IMG/VR virus record: IMGVR_UViG_3300025018_000289 | Location: 1 to 38,177 of that record | Direction: 5' to 3' (one strand) | DNA length: 38,177 nt | Source: a virus | Lineage: Duplodnaviria; Caudoviricetes | Shown here: in pieces, positions 24,079 through 33,646 of the stretch | Layout: each line of letters begins with the position of its first letter | How positions within the stretch are numbered: the stretch's first letter is position 1 | Notes under the pieces: generated by a model | Told to the model about the DNA's origin: nothing | Database searches by the model: none | Seen by the model: the letters and a program-made list of their open reading frames with translations, nothing else | Translations under genes and position numbers: made by a program

Positions 24079-26472
24079 TCATAGCAATACCTGCACTTCC
24101 TTTTTCGATGTCAGCGCCAGTGTCTTCGGGTTTTCGACCTCTCCCCAGTTCCACATGATCCCGCTCCGACGGCCTTCTCCATGGAAGGGGAAGCGCCGGA
24201 TTTTCGGATCCACCTTCTCAAGCTGCCTCATTTTGGCGAGGTTTCGGACGTGCTGAATCAAGCCGCCCTGATAGCTATACCGGTCCAAAACCTGATCTAG
24301 CCAGTGCTCTAAAACAGGGGTCCTGATAAACACCGTGTGCTGATCCGGATGCAGGCCGATTTCCGCCAGGCGTTCGCGGATAGCGTCCTCGATAACCTTG
24401 GCCTGCTCCTCTTCCACGCTGGTATCTGATTTGCAGGTTTTGAGGTGATTGATTGCTTCCTCGTATTCGTTCAGATCATCGCAGACGGCCTGAAGGATGC
24501 TGGTCTCGAATTCAGGAAAGCGGGTATGAGGATCAGCCTGAAACCCGGCGCCGGCTTCCAGCATCGCGATGATGTCAGCAACGATCTCAAACCGGTGTTT
24601 GTCAACATAAGCCATGATCGCCGGTTTCCAGTCAGGAGAGCGTGACGGCCGCCGCACGTTGATGTAATACGAGCGGTCCGCGATATCGTTGTCCACGTTG
24701 GCCGTGTTGGACGTTATGACAAACACGAGGTTATTCGGGCGGGTTTCTTCTCCGTGCCCGTAAGGTGCCCGACCTGAAATGGATTGAGCCGTGATTAGGT
24801 CGGCCAGTTCAGGGCAGGAGAATTGACCCGTGACGTTATCCACCAGCAGAATGCGCTGTTGACGGCCGTGAGACGAAACCACGCGCTTAATGAGCTCCTG
24901 CACGCCCATGCGAAGCTCTTGCCGGTTGGTCCGGATCGGCTCCCCGCAGTAGAGATGTGCTGCGATTTCCGCCAGCGTGCTCTTGCCGGTACCGGCGCCA
25001 TCCTCGGAGTCGATGATCCAAGAGGGCTTTGGAATGCCGTAAATGTACCAGAGCGGGGCAATCAGGAAGGCCTTGAGCATCGTCCTGTCGGCCGCTGTAG
25101 CCGGCGCGAACGAGTCCAGGAGGGCCGTAAACCTCGACCGATCCGGGCAGGCAGGAGGCAGGCGCTTGTGTGCGTAATACACGTCGCAGCGTTTCGGCCA
25201 GTCCGGTACCAGCGATATTGCCTCGTAACGGATCGCCGCGGCCGCGAGCCCGGCAAAGATCTCGTCTTTGGTCACGCACGCGTCGCCTCGGGTCCATTCA
25301 GTGCGCTGCTTGGATTTGCGTCCGATCCACGCGAAGAGCTCACTGGACTTGTAGAGGTAGCAGATCCGTCCGCTGTCCCGGTCATGATCGAAGAGCTGTT
25401 CGCCGACCTTGCGAGGAAAGCCCAGAAACCGGTGATGGCAGTCATCGATCATCTCGCTGATCAGCCGCGGCTTGCGCTCGATTTCCGGCTTGGCATTGCG
25501 CCGCTTCTGTTTGGCGTCATCCTGGTGCTTGATAGGGATGAAGTTCCGGAAGGGGACCTGGTTAGCCATCTTGGCTGCCCTGATCTCGGGCGATTCAGGC
25601 TCCGGAACGACAACCTCGTCCATGATCTCCACACCGATGCAGGCGGCCTCGCCGATCAGCTGTATAAGCTCGTCGGCGCTGTGCCCCTCATCAATCAGGT
25701 AATTGTAAGCGTCGCCTTTTGGCGCTTCGCTGGTGGGTACAATCCGCACCTCCGCCGCTATCCCGACAAGGCTGGCGGCAATGATGTTCGCATGCTCATA
25801 ACCGGGATCGTCGTTATCAGGCAGCACCGCGACATGCTTACCCTTAAAGGTTTCAGCATATCCGGAATGCCACTTCTTGGCACCTCCGCAGCAGGTTGTC
25901 GCTGGGATCCCCTCCGCGATCAGCGCGTCGGCGGTCTTTTCGCCCTCGACAATGCAGCACCAGGGCAAATCGGTGATTCCCTGCAGGTTGTAGAGGATCG
26001 TCGCGACGTTCTTGAGGCCCCATCCGGCAGGCGTGCCCTGGAGAAATTCTTTCTGTTTCTCGGGGTGTTCTAAACGGCTCGCGAAATGCACCAGATTGCC
26101 GTCCAGATCGTGATACCCGTACCGGGCAACCTCTTTATACCCCTGACGAATAAGCTGGTCGTAGCGGCTGTCCTTGGCCGGCTGAGGGCCCGTTTCCATG
26201 CGCGGCTGCAGGCCGTAGTATTCGCCCAGAAACGCTTGAGCCTGCTGAGTGTTGCCATCGAAACGTATTGCCGCCAGTTCGATGATCCCGCCGCCGGTCT
26301 TCTCAACATGATCGTACCACTTTTCGCGGTCGATCGCCACTGCTTCGGGATTGTCGCCGCCGCGCCAGATCGCAGCGCAGCGCCCGCCGGCAATCCGGCA
26401 TCCAAACACATCCTTGGCAAATGCCGCGCAATCCGCCGCTGCCCGGATATCCTCAAAAGAATAGAATTTCAT
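24079..26472 (-). CDS. Primase-helicase replication protein (Zn-binding-like N-terminus, TOPRIM domain, P-loop NTPase)
   Basis: IVEGEKTAD.L, VLPDNDDPG and KGDA TOPRIM motifs; GAGTGKS Walker A; LLVDN Walker B. Confidence 0.88.
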   Translation of the reverse strand: MKFYSFEDIRAAADCAAFAKDVFGCRIAGGRCAAIWRGGDNPEAVAIDREKWYDHVEKTGGGIIELAAIRFDGNTQQAQAFLGEYYGLQPRMETGPQPAKDSRYDQLIRQGYKEVARYGYHDLDGNLVHFASRLEHPEKQKEFLQGTPAGWGLKNVATILYNLQGITDLPWCCIVEGEKTADALIAEGIPATTCCGGAKKWHSGYAETFKGKHVAVLPDNDDPGYEHANIIAASLVGIAAEVRIVPTSEAPKGDAYNYLIDEGHSADELIQLIGEAACIGVEIMDEVVVPEPESPEIRAAKMANQVPFRNFIPIKHQDDAKQKRRNAKPEIERKPRLISEMIDDCHHRFLGFPRKVGEQLFDHDRDSGRICYLYKSSELFAWIGRKSKQRTEWTRGDACVTKDEIFAGLAAAAIRYEAISLVPDWPKRCDVYYAHKRLPPACPDRSRFTALLDSFAPATAADRTMLKAFLIAPLWYIYGIPKPSWIIDSEDGAGTGKSTLAEIAAHLYCGEPIRTNRQELRMGVQELIKRVVSSHGRQQRILLVDNVTGQFSCPELADLITAQSISGRAPYGHGEETRPNNLVFVITSNTANVDNDIADRSYYINVRRPSRSPDWKPAIMAYVDKHRFEIVADIIAMLEAGAGFQADPHTRFPEFETSILQAVCDDLNEYEEAINHLKTCKSDTSVEEEQAKVIEDAIRERLAEIGLHPDQHTVFIRTPVLEHWLDQVLDRYSYQGGLIQHVRNLAKMRQLEKVDPKIRRFPFHGEGRRSGIMWNWGEVENPKTLALTSKKEVQVLL

Positions 26473-26690
26473 ACAGTCCTCTCTGGTTTCATGAATCGTT
26501 TTTGTGCTTCCTGACGTAACCTCATTAAATTGCGCTGGATGTATTCAGCGACCGGCTCGAATTCGGTGTCGTGCTTCAGCCCTTCAGATTCCCAGAGTCG
26601 CAACAGCTCCATGGCTGGGACTTCGATCATCGGTTCACTAACGTACTTGGATCCGATCGTCATAAGGTCAGTATCCTTGAGCCGCTTCAT
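26469..26690 (-). CDS. Small hypothetical protein
   Basis: ATGA-coupled at both ends. Confidence 0.65.
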   Translation of the reverse strand: MKRLKDTDLMTIGSKYVSEPMIEVPAMELLRLWESEGLKHDTEFEPVAEYIQRNLMRLRQEAQKRFMKPERTV

Positions 26691-27880
26691 GCTGCCTCCG
26701 CTAATTGCTGAATGATCGTTTTCTTGTGGTTGACTTTGTTGATGGCCGCCCAGACCGACGAGAGCTCGCCGACGACGCAGCAGGCTGATTTCGTCCTGGT
26801 TACTCCTGTATACAGCAAGGACCGGTCGAGCAGGCCCCAGCCGTCGCGGTTAAAGCAGCACATCAGGACGTTGCGGTATTGACTCCCCTGCGCCTTGTGG
26901 ACTGTGAGCGCATAGGCAAGCTGCAGGTGCTTCCGGTTGTCCTTCGCAAACAGAACGTGAGACGTGTACACTGCGTTCTTTTCGTCAGTGCTCTTCGACC
27001 AGTCGATTACAGGGATGTCGGTGCGCACCCAGATCCCGCCGTCCTGATCGATCGCGTGCACCGTGCCAGTGGTTCCGTTCCAAACATCCAGATCAGGGAT
27101 GTTCTTGGTGTTGATTACCCGGTCGCCGGTCCGGAATTTGGTCTTTCCATCCCGCGGCGCGATCAAGTCCACGATAGCCGCGTTCAGGCCTCTGATTGTG
27201 CATGCGTCGTTTTCGCTTTCGCCGTTACGAGCGCAGAGGATGATGTCCTGCTCGAAGTCAATCAGCCCGGCCTGAATCCACTGCAGGATCTGGTCCTGTG
27301 TCTGTTTTGCCCCGCCGGTGTTGATCATGGTCCATTTCTCCGATTCCGATTGAGCGGAAAGGGGAGGGCGGCCACCGTTGCGGATAGCCGTTGCCGCCTT
27401 AAACACGGCCTCGGTTGCCCTGTAGCATGTTGTAAGCGACGCGACCAGATCGGCGCGCAGGTTAATCAGATCATGAAACGGCTGGCCTCTTCCAACGGGC
27501 GGCAGCTGGGCCGGATCCCCGACCAGGCAGAGGCGCTTCGGTTTGCGCCTTACGATTTCAGCCATGAGCACGGAGTCGATCATAGACGCCTCATCGATGA
27601 TGATCGATGCGCTGGTCAGATCGCCCGCGGTAAAGGCTTTCCCGTTATAGCCCAGCATGCGGTGAATCGTGCTGGCCGGGTGCTCGCAGGCCTCGCGGAT
27701 CCGCGCCGCGGCCTTGCCAGCGAACGCGGCCAGAGTGACCGTTTCTTTGAGGGATTCGAGTTGCTGAGCGACGGCTTTGATTATGGTGGTCTTGCCGGTA
27801 CCCGCGCCGCCGGTGATGATGCTGATCTGCGTTGTGCAGGCTTTGGTGATTGCTGATTGTTGGGAGGCGTCGAAGTTCAT
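26687..27880 (-). CDS. RecD2-like SF1B helicase, motor (C-terminal) half
   Basis: ITGGAGTGKTT, IIDEASMID, LVGDPAQLPPVG and LAYALTVHKAQGSQY...LLYTGVTR motifs. Confidence 0.92.
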   Translation of the reverse strand: MNFDASQQSAITKACTTQISIITGGAGTGKTTIIKAVAQQLESLKETVTLAAFAGKAAARIREACEHPASTIHRMLGYNGKAFTAGDLTSASIIIDEASMIDSVLMAEIVRRKPKRLCLVGDPAQLPPVGRGQPFHDLINLRADLVASLTTCYRATEAVFKAATAIRNGGRPPLSAQSESEKWTMINTGGAKQTQDQILQWIQAGLIDFEQDIILCARNGESENDACTIRGLNAAIVDLIAPRDGKTKFRTGDRVINTKNIPDLDVWNGTTGTVHAIDQDGGIWVRTDIPVIDWSKSTDEKNAVYTSHVLFAKDNRKHLQLAYALTVHKAQGSQYRNVLMCCFNRDGWGLLDRSLLYTGVTRTKSACCVVGELSSVWAAINKVNHKKTIIQQLAEAA

Positions 27881-28644
27881 GAAAGAACCCTCCTAAACTC
27901 GATTACCCACACCCATGGATTCACGGCCCATCCAAAGCCGCGAGACTCGTTGATGCTGTCCCATAGTTGACCGAACTCATCAATGGGGTTACCGTATATC
28001 CAATGATAGTCTTTGCCACCTATCCCCTCGGATACAGCATCCTGCTCGCTGATATCCTGCACCCGCTCTACCCGTACTCCTGTCACTTCGAGCTGAATCC
28101 GGCTTGCCCAGCGCGGCATATGGATTGACGGACGCCATTTGTCTCCATCAGCGTCACTGCAAGAATTTGAGCAGCTGAATAAACGAAGCCATTTATTGTC
28201 AGGCACCGCCCGCTGCATGGATATAGCCTTATCGGCCTTGTACTGAACATCCATCCAGCCTTGGGGCCAATCCCAGGCAATGGCAGCCCACGTCTCACGC
28301 ACCCAAAGCTGAGAGTTATCCACGCTTATCTGCCATTGTTTTTCTTTCAGATGAGTCTGACCCTCAGCATATGGACACACGAAATCGAACTCTTCCGGTT
28401 TAACGCCAAGCCAACAGCCCTTTGTATCCTTTCCACTAACTGCGCCGCATTGGTTGAAAGTACACTTAGCCTTCTTGCCTTGATTCAATACGCCACCTGA
28501 GCCCAGACCCCAGTCCGCCCTGATTGTCCATCTTGGAACAATCCTGAGCCTGTTAAAATCAACCACTCGCCTTGTCTGCGTCTTGTAGCCTTCGAGGATT
28601 GCGCGCACCATTGGACCGCTGAATAGTATGGGTTTTTCGGTCAT
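27877..28644 (-). CDS. ASCH/PUA-like phage protein; start at MTEKPILF
   Basis: PILFSGPMVRAILEG.KTQTRR, LWVRETW, WRPSIHMPRWASRI.LE and NPWVWVIEF motifs. Confidence 0.85.
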   Translation of the reverse strand: MTEKPILFSGPMVRAILEGYKTQTRRVVDFNRLRIVPRWTIRADWGLGSGGVLNQGKKAKCTFNQCGAVSGKDTKGCWLGVKPEEFDFVCPYAEGQTHLKEKQWQISVDNSQLWVRETWAAIAWDWPQGWMDVQYKADKAISMQRAVPDNKWLRLFSCSNSCSDADGDKWRPSIHMPRWASRIQLEVTGVRVERVQDISEQDAVSEGIGGKDYHWIYGNPIDEFGQLWDSINESRGFGWAVNPWVWVIEFRRVLS

Positions 28645-29615
28645 TACAGCACCTCTGCCATTTTCTCGATCCAACAAGCGAAGCCGTCGCGCTTCTGACT
28701 GATTTCGATCATGAGATCCTTGCCTTCCGGGCTGGTGAGCTTAGGTAGCTCGATATCGAGGATTGTCGAGACAAGCTGCTTTACCTTCTCGCGGTCCGGA
28801 GCTCGCTTTGCCTTAGCCGCGGCAGCCCTGTCGGCTTTCGCCTTTGCATCGGCCTCGGCTTTTTCTTTCGCGATGCGGTCATCTTCCTTGCGCTTCGCCT
28901 CAGCCGTAGCCTTCTCCGCTGCCTCCTTCGCCTTGCGTTCCTTGGCAAGCTCAGCCTCGCGCTCGGCAGCTTCTTTCTTGAGCTTTTCGTTCTCCTTGCG
29001 GATCCGCTCGCGCTCATCGGCCTCAGCCTTTTCGCGGGCGATACGATCCTGCTCGGCTTTTGCCGCTACCGCTGCTTTTTGTTCGCGGTCCTGTTGAACC
29101 ATCTTTAACAGCGACTCGAACATTTCCTCGCTCATGGCTGCGAGGTTGTAAGCGGTTGCGTCATCGGTGGTTAATCCCTCGCATTCAAGCTTCGAGCATC
29201 TATCCTCGACCAGCGCGGCGATCCGGGCGGCCTCCTGGCGCTCTGCATACTGCTCAATATCCAGCAGTTTCTCCTCAACCGGCTCGCAAAGGTATTTCAG
29301 CACGTTGGCAAAGCCGTCGATCGCCTTCCCGCGGCGGAGCGACTCTTCCTTCATCGTCTTACGGATCCGCTCCACGTTGCAGCGAACATCCTTAAGTCCA
29401 AGCCGGATCTCCCGCGCCAGCTTCTGCTGCACAGGATCCTCTACGTCTGTGATCATGGATACCTTACCCCTGAGATCCACGATGCTGTTGTAGTGATCGG
29501 CAAACTGCCCGCGCAGGGCAAGCGCCTCATCCTCGTTAACGCCCGTCTTACTCTCCACCTCGGCAAGCTGTTGTCCGATGACTTCGGGCTCTAATATCTC
29601 AATATCTGTACTCAT
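28644..29615 (-). CDS. Coiled-coil phage protein with an Ala/Glu/Lys-rich C-terminus
   Basis: AREIRL.LK.VR...E..RK.MKEESLR.GKAIDG pattern; coupled to both neighbours. Confidence 0.75.
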   Translation of the reverse strand: MSTDIEILEPEVIGQQLAEVESKTGVNEDEALALRGQFADHYNSIVDLRGKVSMITDVEDPVQQKLAREIRLGLKDVRCNVERIRKTMKEESLRRGKAIDGFANVLKYLCEPVEEKLLDIEQYAERQEAARIAALVEDRCSKLECEGLTTDDATAYNLAAMSEEMFESLLKMVQQDREQKAAVAAKAEQDRIAREKAEADERERIRKENEKLKKEAAEREAELAKERKAKEAAEKATAEAKRKEDDRIAKEKAEADAKAKADRAAAAKAKRAPDREKVKQLVSTILDIELPKLTSPEGKDLMIEISQKRDGFACWIEKMAEVL

Positions 29616-30490
29616 ACCTTTCTCTCCTTGTTAGTTGTTGACTCAATAAATTCCCAAATTGCTGTTTCGGCTTTCCAGTCGGCGGCCAGACTCACGCCCA
29701 GGCAGCCAGGGAACGCCTTGAGCGTGCCTTCCTCGAAAAGCTCGCTGGTGCAGTCTGAAATCATCTCTGCATATCCGCCCAGGAGCGCGATGGTTTGCGA
29801 GAAAAGCTGCTCCCAATCAACGACCGTGTCGCCTGGATCCGTGAGCCTGCGCAGGGAATAGACCACGGACGCCCGAATCCTGCGCTTGTCGTCATCCAGA
29901 ATGCCGTAATTGCGCCGGATCTCGCGGTCCACGTCTTTGAACCCGTACCCGGAAAGCTCAGCCAGCCGGTAGCAGTCGGCATGTACCACGCCCAGCGTTT
30001 CGGCCTTCCACTGTTCCCATGCGGTCGTTGCCATGTTGGTAGTGGCGCCTTTACCCATCAGGGTGGCGATAACCTTGACCTCTTCGGACTTCTCGCGCAG
30101 CGCCTCAAGCTGTAGTTTGAAGTTTGCGTAAACCTTGCCATGGAGCCGCGGGACTTCGCCCTCTGCGATTTCCAGCCACGCCACGCCGGCCTTTTCCCAG
30201 ATCAGCTGTTCGGCTGCGGCTCCGAGCCCTGATGTACGCATACAAACGTAGTGCAGTTGATCGCGTGATTCGGTCGGAACATCCAGCCGGGCAGACTTGA
30301 ACGCAAACTCCCGCTCGCCTTTATAGTTCGCCCATTCGCCATCGAGGATAAGCTGCTCGTTCTCCTGGGGCCGCCACGCCATCCGGCCCTTGCATGCGCC
30401 GTGATCCGTTGCCAGTATGTACCAGGCATCAGGTTCGGACGTTGCAGGCGGATAGGCCACGCGGTTGACTATGACGTTCAGGCTGGGCAT
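29612..30490 (-). CDS. RecD2 N-terminal half (OB-fold plus HhH-like domains) as a separate gene
   Basis: L.GEW..Y.G..F, GLG..A..I.E, YRL..L.GYGFK.VD and D.RRIRA...Y.L......GDT motifs typical of RecD2/TraA N-termini. Confidence 0.75.
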   Translation of the reverse strand: MPSLNVIVNRVAYPPATSEPDAWYILATDHGACKGRMAWRPQENEQLILDGEWANYKGEREFAFKSARLDVPTESRDQLHYVCMRTSGLGAAAEQLIWEKAGVAWLEIAEGEVPRLHGKVYANFKLQLEALREKSEEVKVIATLMGKGATTNMATTAWEQWKAETLGVVHADCYRLAELSGYGFKDVDREIRRNYGILDDDKRRIRASVVYSLRRLTDPGDTVVDWEQLFSQTIALLGGYAEMISDCTSELFEEGTLKAFPGCLGVSLAADWKAETAIWEFIESTTNKERKV

Positions 30491-30493
30491 TGT

Positions 30494-30748
30494 TTAACCC
30501 TTCTTGACCTTTAGCTTGGTTGCTTCGTGGACGTGCTGAATAGTGATGGTTCGACCATTGCAACGTACATAACTGCGATTTGCCCGAATCATGGCCTCAA
30601 GCAAATCGTTCGCGCGCTTCTCAACCCGATCTTTGATCTGGTCCAACTCCTCGAGGGCGGCCGTATACGCGTTCGCCTCACGTCCGACTTCGTCCGGCTC
30701 CGGCATGCCCGGCAGTTCAATAACCGCGTCAACCTTCTTCTTTTTCAT
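30494..30748 (-). CDS. Small hypothetical protein
   Basis: AGGAG RBS; ATGA coupling. Confidence 0.7.
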   Translation of the reverse strand: MKKKKVDAVIELPGMPEPDEVGREANAYTAALEELDQIKDRVEKRANDLLEAMIRANRSYVRCNGRTITIQHVHEATKLKVKKG

Positions 30749-31227
30749 ATATCCAATCTCCTTTTGAAAATCCTCAAAGCTAATCCGGCCGCTAATTGCG
30801 CGTCGCCGGCAAACAACACACTGACACCCATCATGGTTAATTCCGCGATGCGCCGGGCCACAAACGACGGCCTCAGCTGCGGATGGTTATGGGGCGGGGG
30901 AACAAGCACCCCCGCATCCTCACTGAAACAACAATCCGAGAAGTCCCCCTCGACAACCACCACGCGGGCGGGAAAGGCCTCCATGCGCGCTAGCTCGCGT
31001 TGGAAGCGACCAAACCCTGCACTGATGGTGCCGAGGAAGTCATCAAGGCTCTTGCGCTCGATTGCGAAGCGAACAGCAAGCGCTTCACGCCCGCGAACAA
31101 CCTCGCAATCCTGCGCAATCGCATAGTCGCCCGCCACCAGGGCGCGGACCTCTGTGACTGCGTCACTCGGGTCCCACGCCCAGGGCGATTGCTCGCGCGA
31201 ATCTATGACTATGCGTAGCGGCTCCAT
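30745..31227 (-). CDS. ERCC4-domain nuclease (probable Holliday junction resolvase)
   Basis: IDSREQ, L.AGDY, IERKS..D, RF.REL.R and VVVEG motifs. Confidence 0.9.
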   Translation of the reverse strand: MEPLRIVIDSREQSPWAWDPSDAVTEVRALVAGDYAIAQDCEVVRGREALAVRFAIERKSLDDFLGTISAGFGRFQRELARMEAFPARVVVVEGDFSDCCFSEDAGVLVPPPHNHPQLRPSFVARRIAELTMMGVSVLFAGDAQLAAGLALRIFKRRLDI

Positions 31228-31775
31228 TAGAACGGCAGCTTTCCTCTGCCGGCCTTCGGGGCCGCCGCGGCTCCGGGCTGTTTCGCGAAAGGATTACCCG
31301 CCGGAGCGGCCTTTTTTACAGGCGCCGGAGCCGGAGCCTGTGCCTGATGCCCACTGCCGAACAGCGTCGACAAGCGGCTCTGCATTGTGGCTAGATCGAT
31401 TTTCTTCGGGGCGTTACCACTCTCGCCGATGTACTTAACATCGTAATATGCCTTGCCTTCGTGGTCCCGAGCCTTAACGTGGAACGGGACTTCCCGCCCC
31501 ATCAACTGCTCTTCCAGCGTCGACAGATCATCGCCCTCGAATCCGACCTTGCGCAGCGTCTGCATTGTGATTTCAGCCTGCGTCATTGTGGCAAAGTTGC
31601 CCTTGCCATACTCGCCACTCATCTCGCCGCGCCACCAGTCGGACTGATTCGGATCGTCGATCGACGAACCGTGAATGATGATGTCGAACGCGCCCGTGCT
31701 GGCATCTGCGAACTTAGGTTCCGCAAAGCCCACTTCGTCTATTTTGCACATTATCGTGCCTTCTGCTGTGAACAT
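31227..31775 (-). CDS. Single-stranded DNA-binding-like protein; start at MFTAEG
   Basis: Beta-rich core, Pro/Ala linker and C-terminal LPF; position in the recombination module. Confidence 0.6.
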   Translation of the reverse strand: MFTAEGTIMCKIDEVGFAEPKFADASTGAFDIIIHGSSIDDPNQSDWWRGEMSGEYGKGNFATMTQAEITMQTLRKVGFEGDDLSTLEEQLMGREVPFHVKARDHEGKAYYDVKYIGESGNAPKKIDLATMQSRLSTLFGSGHQAQAPAPAPVKKAAPAGNPFAKQPGAAAAPKAGRGKLPF

Positions 31776-31864
31776 AACCGTTCTCCTTTTCCGGTCTCTC
31801 CCGGCTGCCACGCCTACACTGTTAAGCTCAGCCGCGCGGCGTTGACGCGGCCAGGCTCATACCA

Positions 31865-32545
31865 TTAAGCGAACAGAGTCCCGTTAAACCGCTTCCAGAG
31901 CTGCCATGCCAGCCGCGTGTGGTTGATGCAGCCATCCAGCACGGCCGTGCGGCCTGCCTCGGTCTTGATAAGATCCGGCACCTGCTCATAAGGGATATCC
32001 GCGCGGGTTTCGCCCAGCACCAGCCGGGCGATGGTTTCCAGCTTCTCCCAGCCCTGTGTTGACCAGCCGCCCCAGATCTGCATAAGATCGTAATGGCGGT
32101 CCGTGCTGTAGCGCTTTGTCCATGCGCTCAGGGGCGGGGCTCCAAAGTTGCCCGGATCGATTCCGAGGATCATCGCCCGCTTGTAGATCATCGGCAGATC
32201 GAAATTGATCCCGTTAAAGGTCACGATCCGCACGTCTCCTGTGCCGAGCATGTTCATGATCGAATGAATCAGCTTACGCTCTTCGTCGTCCGTCGCCGCG
32301 GCTATGATCTCGCCGTGCTCCTGCTCCCCTTCATGAGTCGGGGCAACCAGCCCGACGCAGCCGTAACAGCACACGCGGGCCGTCAGCGCGTCCAGCGCCA
32401 TACCGTCAATCTGCTTCTGCTTGGCCCCGGCTTTCGCGTCCGCGATCTTGGCCGGGTCCTTGAGTCTGGCGTCGATCGACGGTTCAGGCAGCTTGTCGAT
32501 CATGTCGATGTTTGGAATTGTCTCTATGTCTATTGCGATAAGCAT
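31865..32545 (-). CDS. DnaQ/PolB-like 3'-5' exonuclease
   Basis: IDIETIP, VTFNGINFDLP and HYDLM motifs. Confidence 0.88.
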   Translation of the reverse strand: MLIAIDIETIPNIDMIDKLPEPSIDARLKDPAKIADAKAGAKQKQIDGMALDALTARVCCYGCVGLVAPTHEGEQEHGEIIAAATDDEERKLIHSIMNMLGTGDVRIVTFNGINFDLPMIYKRAMILGIDPGNFGAPPLSAWTKRYSTDRHYDLMQIWGGWSTQGWEKLETIARLVLGETRADIPYEQVPDLIKTEAGRTAVLDGCINHTRLAWQLWKRFNGTLFA

Positions 32546-32547
32546 TG

Positions 32548-33303
32548 TTACTTTCTCCTTTCGATTACCGCGACAATCGCGGTCTTGTGTTTGTCTGTTA
32601 TGCCCGGATTCTTGCTGTCGAATGCGGCCTCAAGCGTGCTGTCATCCATTTCCGACCAGCTAAACCCGCTCAAATCCCCAAACCCTTCCGGGCAGATCGT
32701 GTAATCAGGCTCGGCAGGCGGCAGAGATCCTGCCTCCTGAACGCGTCTGGCCGCCTCTGCAGCGGTGATCGGGGCGGGGGCGGTGCGAGGGGCAGAGTCA
32801 TCGTCGGTCACAAACGTCTCAGCCTCTTCCGCCGTGTAGGAGCCCTTGCAGGCCTGCGGGCATACGGTATGCACCGCATCACTCACCGCACGAGACCAGA
32901 GCGACTGCATCCGCTTTCGAGGCGTGGCGTAGTTGGCTTTGATGGTTTTGCCATCATTCTTAAAGACAAACGGCTCTTCTTTGACCTCTTCCCATGTGAT
33001 CCCGAAAGAGCTTGTCCGCCCCTGAAATTCGATTGTTATCTCGGCTTTCTCGGGGGTGCGGGTCACAACGACATACTTCCCGCCGCGGTCGCAAAACCTA
33101 GCCAGCATCGCATCGGCCTTCATAGATGCGCTGTTGTGCATCCAGTTATAGGTTTCGGCGAAATCGAGGTACGAGATCCCTTCCTGATAGCACAGGGAGG
33201 CGATCATATAACCCGATGAAGGGTTGATTTTCCCGAACATCTCGGACTGAGCGATAAGCTTGCCAGCCTCCACTAAGTCCGCGTGATTCATTAGTATCCT
33301 CAT
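32548..33303 (-). CDS. RecT/Redbeta-like single-strand annealing protein; start at MRILMN
   Basis: MKADAM.A, Y..P...ML-like (RMQSLWSRAVS....CP....G.YT.EE) motif; AAGGAG RBS. Confidence 0.65.
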   Translation of the reverse strand: MRILMNHADLVEAGKLIAQSEMFGKINPSSGYMIASLCYQEGISYLDFAETYNWMHNSASMKADAMLARFCDRGGKYVVVTRTPEKAEITIEFQGRTSSFGITWEEVKEEPFVFKNDGKTIKANYATPRKRMQSLWSRAVSDAVHTVCPQACKGSYTAEEAETFVTDDDSAPRTAPAPITAAEAARRVQEAGSLPPAEPDYTICPEGFGDLSGFSWSEMDDSTLEAAFDSKNPGITDKHKTAIVAVIERRK

Positions 33304-33322
33304 GGTCTCTCCTTTCGTAAGA

Positions 33323-33392
33323 GCCGGGGCCCGTGCCAACCGTGGCGAGTCGCTTATCTCTGTCCAGGAGGGCAGCGACGCCGGGCCCCGGC
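33323..33392 (-). ncRNA. 70-nt branched RNA resembling C4/CI-type antisense RNAs in architecture
   Basis: 11-bp closing stem GCCGGGGCCCG/CGGGCCCCGGC; inner hairpins GTCGCT/AGCGAC and GCCA/TGGC. Confidence 0.6.
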
Positions 33393-33398
33393 AAATTG

Positions 33399-33623
33399 CT
33401 AAAGCGCTTTAATGATCAACCCAGCGCCAACCAGAACCATGCCGACCACAACACAGATCAGAACAGTCGTGGCGTCTGATATATGCCTCGCCGATGGGTA
33501 TCCCGGCAACACGCACGGTCCCCCTCCATTGGTGCACTTGCTGCTATCACGCAGCGTGCAGAGCGCCTTTAGGCACACGCAATCGGGCAGCGCCCGATAC
33601 TGACTCGAAGTTGCTACTTTCAT
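33399..33623 (-). CDS. Small Cys-rich membrane protein; start at MKVATS
   Basis: AAGGAG RBS; C-terminal TM segment VLICVVVGMVLVGAGLII. Confidence 0.6.
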   Translation of the reverse strand: MKVATSSQYRALPDCVCLKALCTLRDSSKCTNGGGPCVLPGYPSARHISDATTVLICVVVGMVLVGAGLIIKAL

Positions 33624-33646
33624 GATTTCTCCTTTTGACGTTTGAT

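Noticed and set aside
23795-24256. ORFs 23795..24154 (-) and 23891..24256 (+)
   Set aside because: They cross the iteron/A-tract origin and their translations simply reflect the repeats.
24823-27856. Long plus-strand ORFs (416 aa and 325 aa) and other plus-strand ORFs opposite minus-strand genes
   Set aside because: Antisense shadows of high-GC coding genes, with no motifs or RBS.
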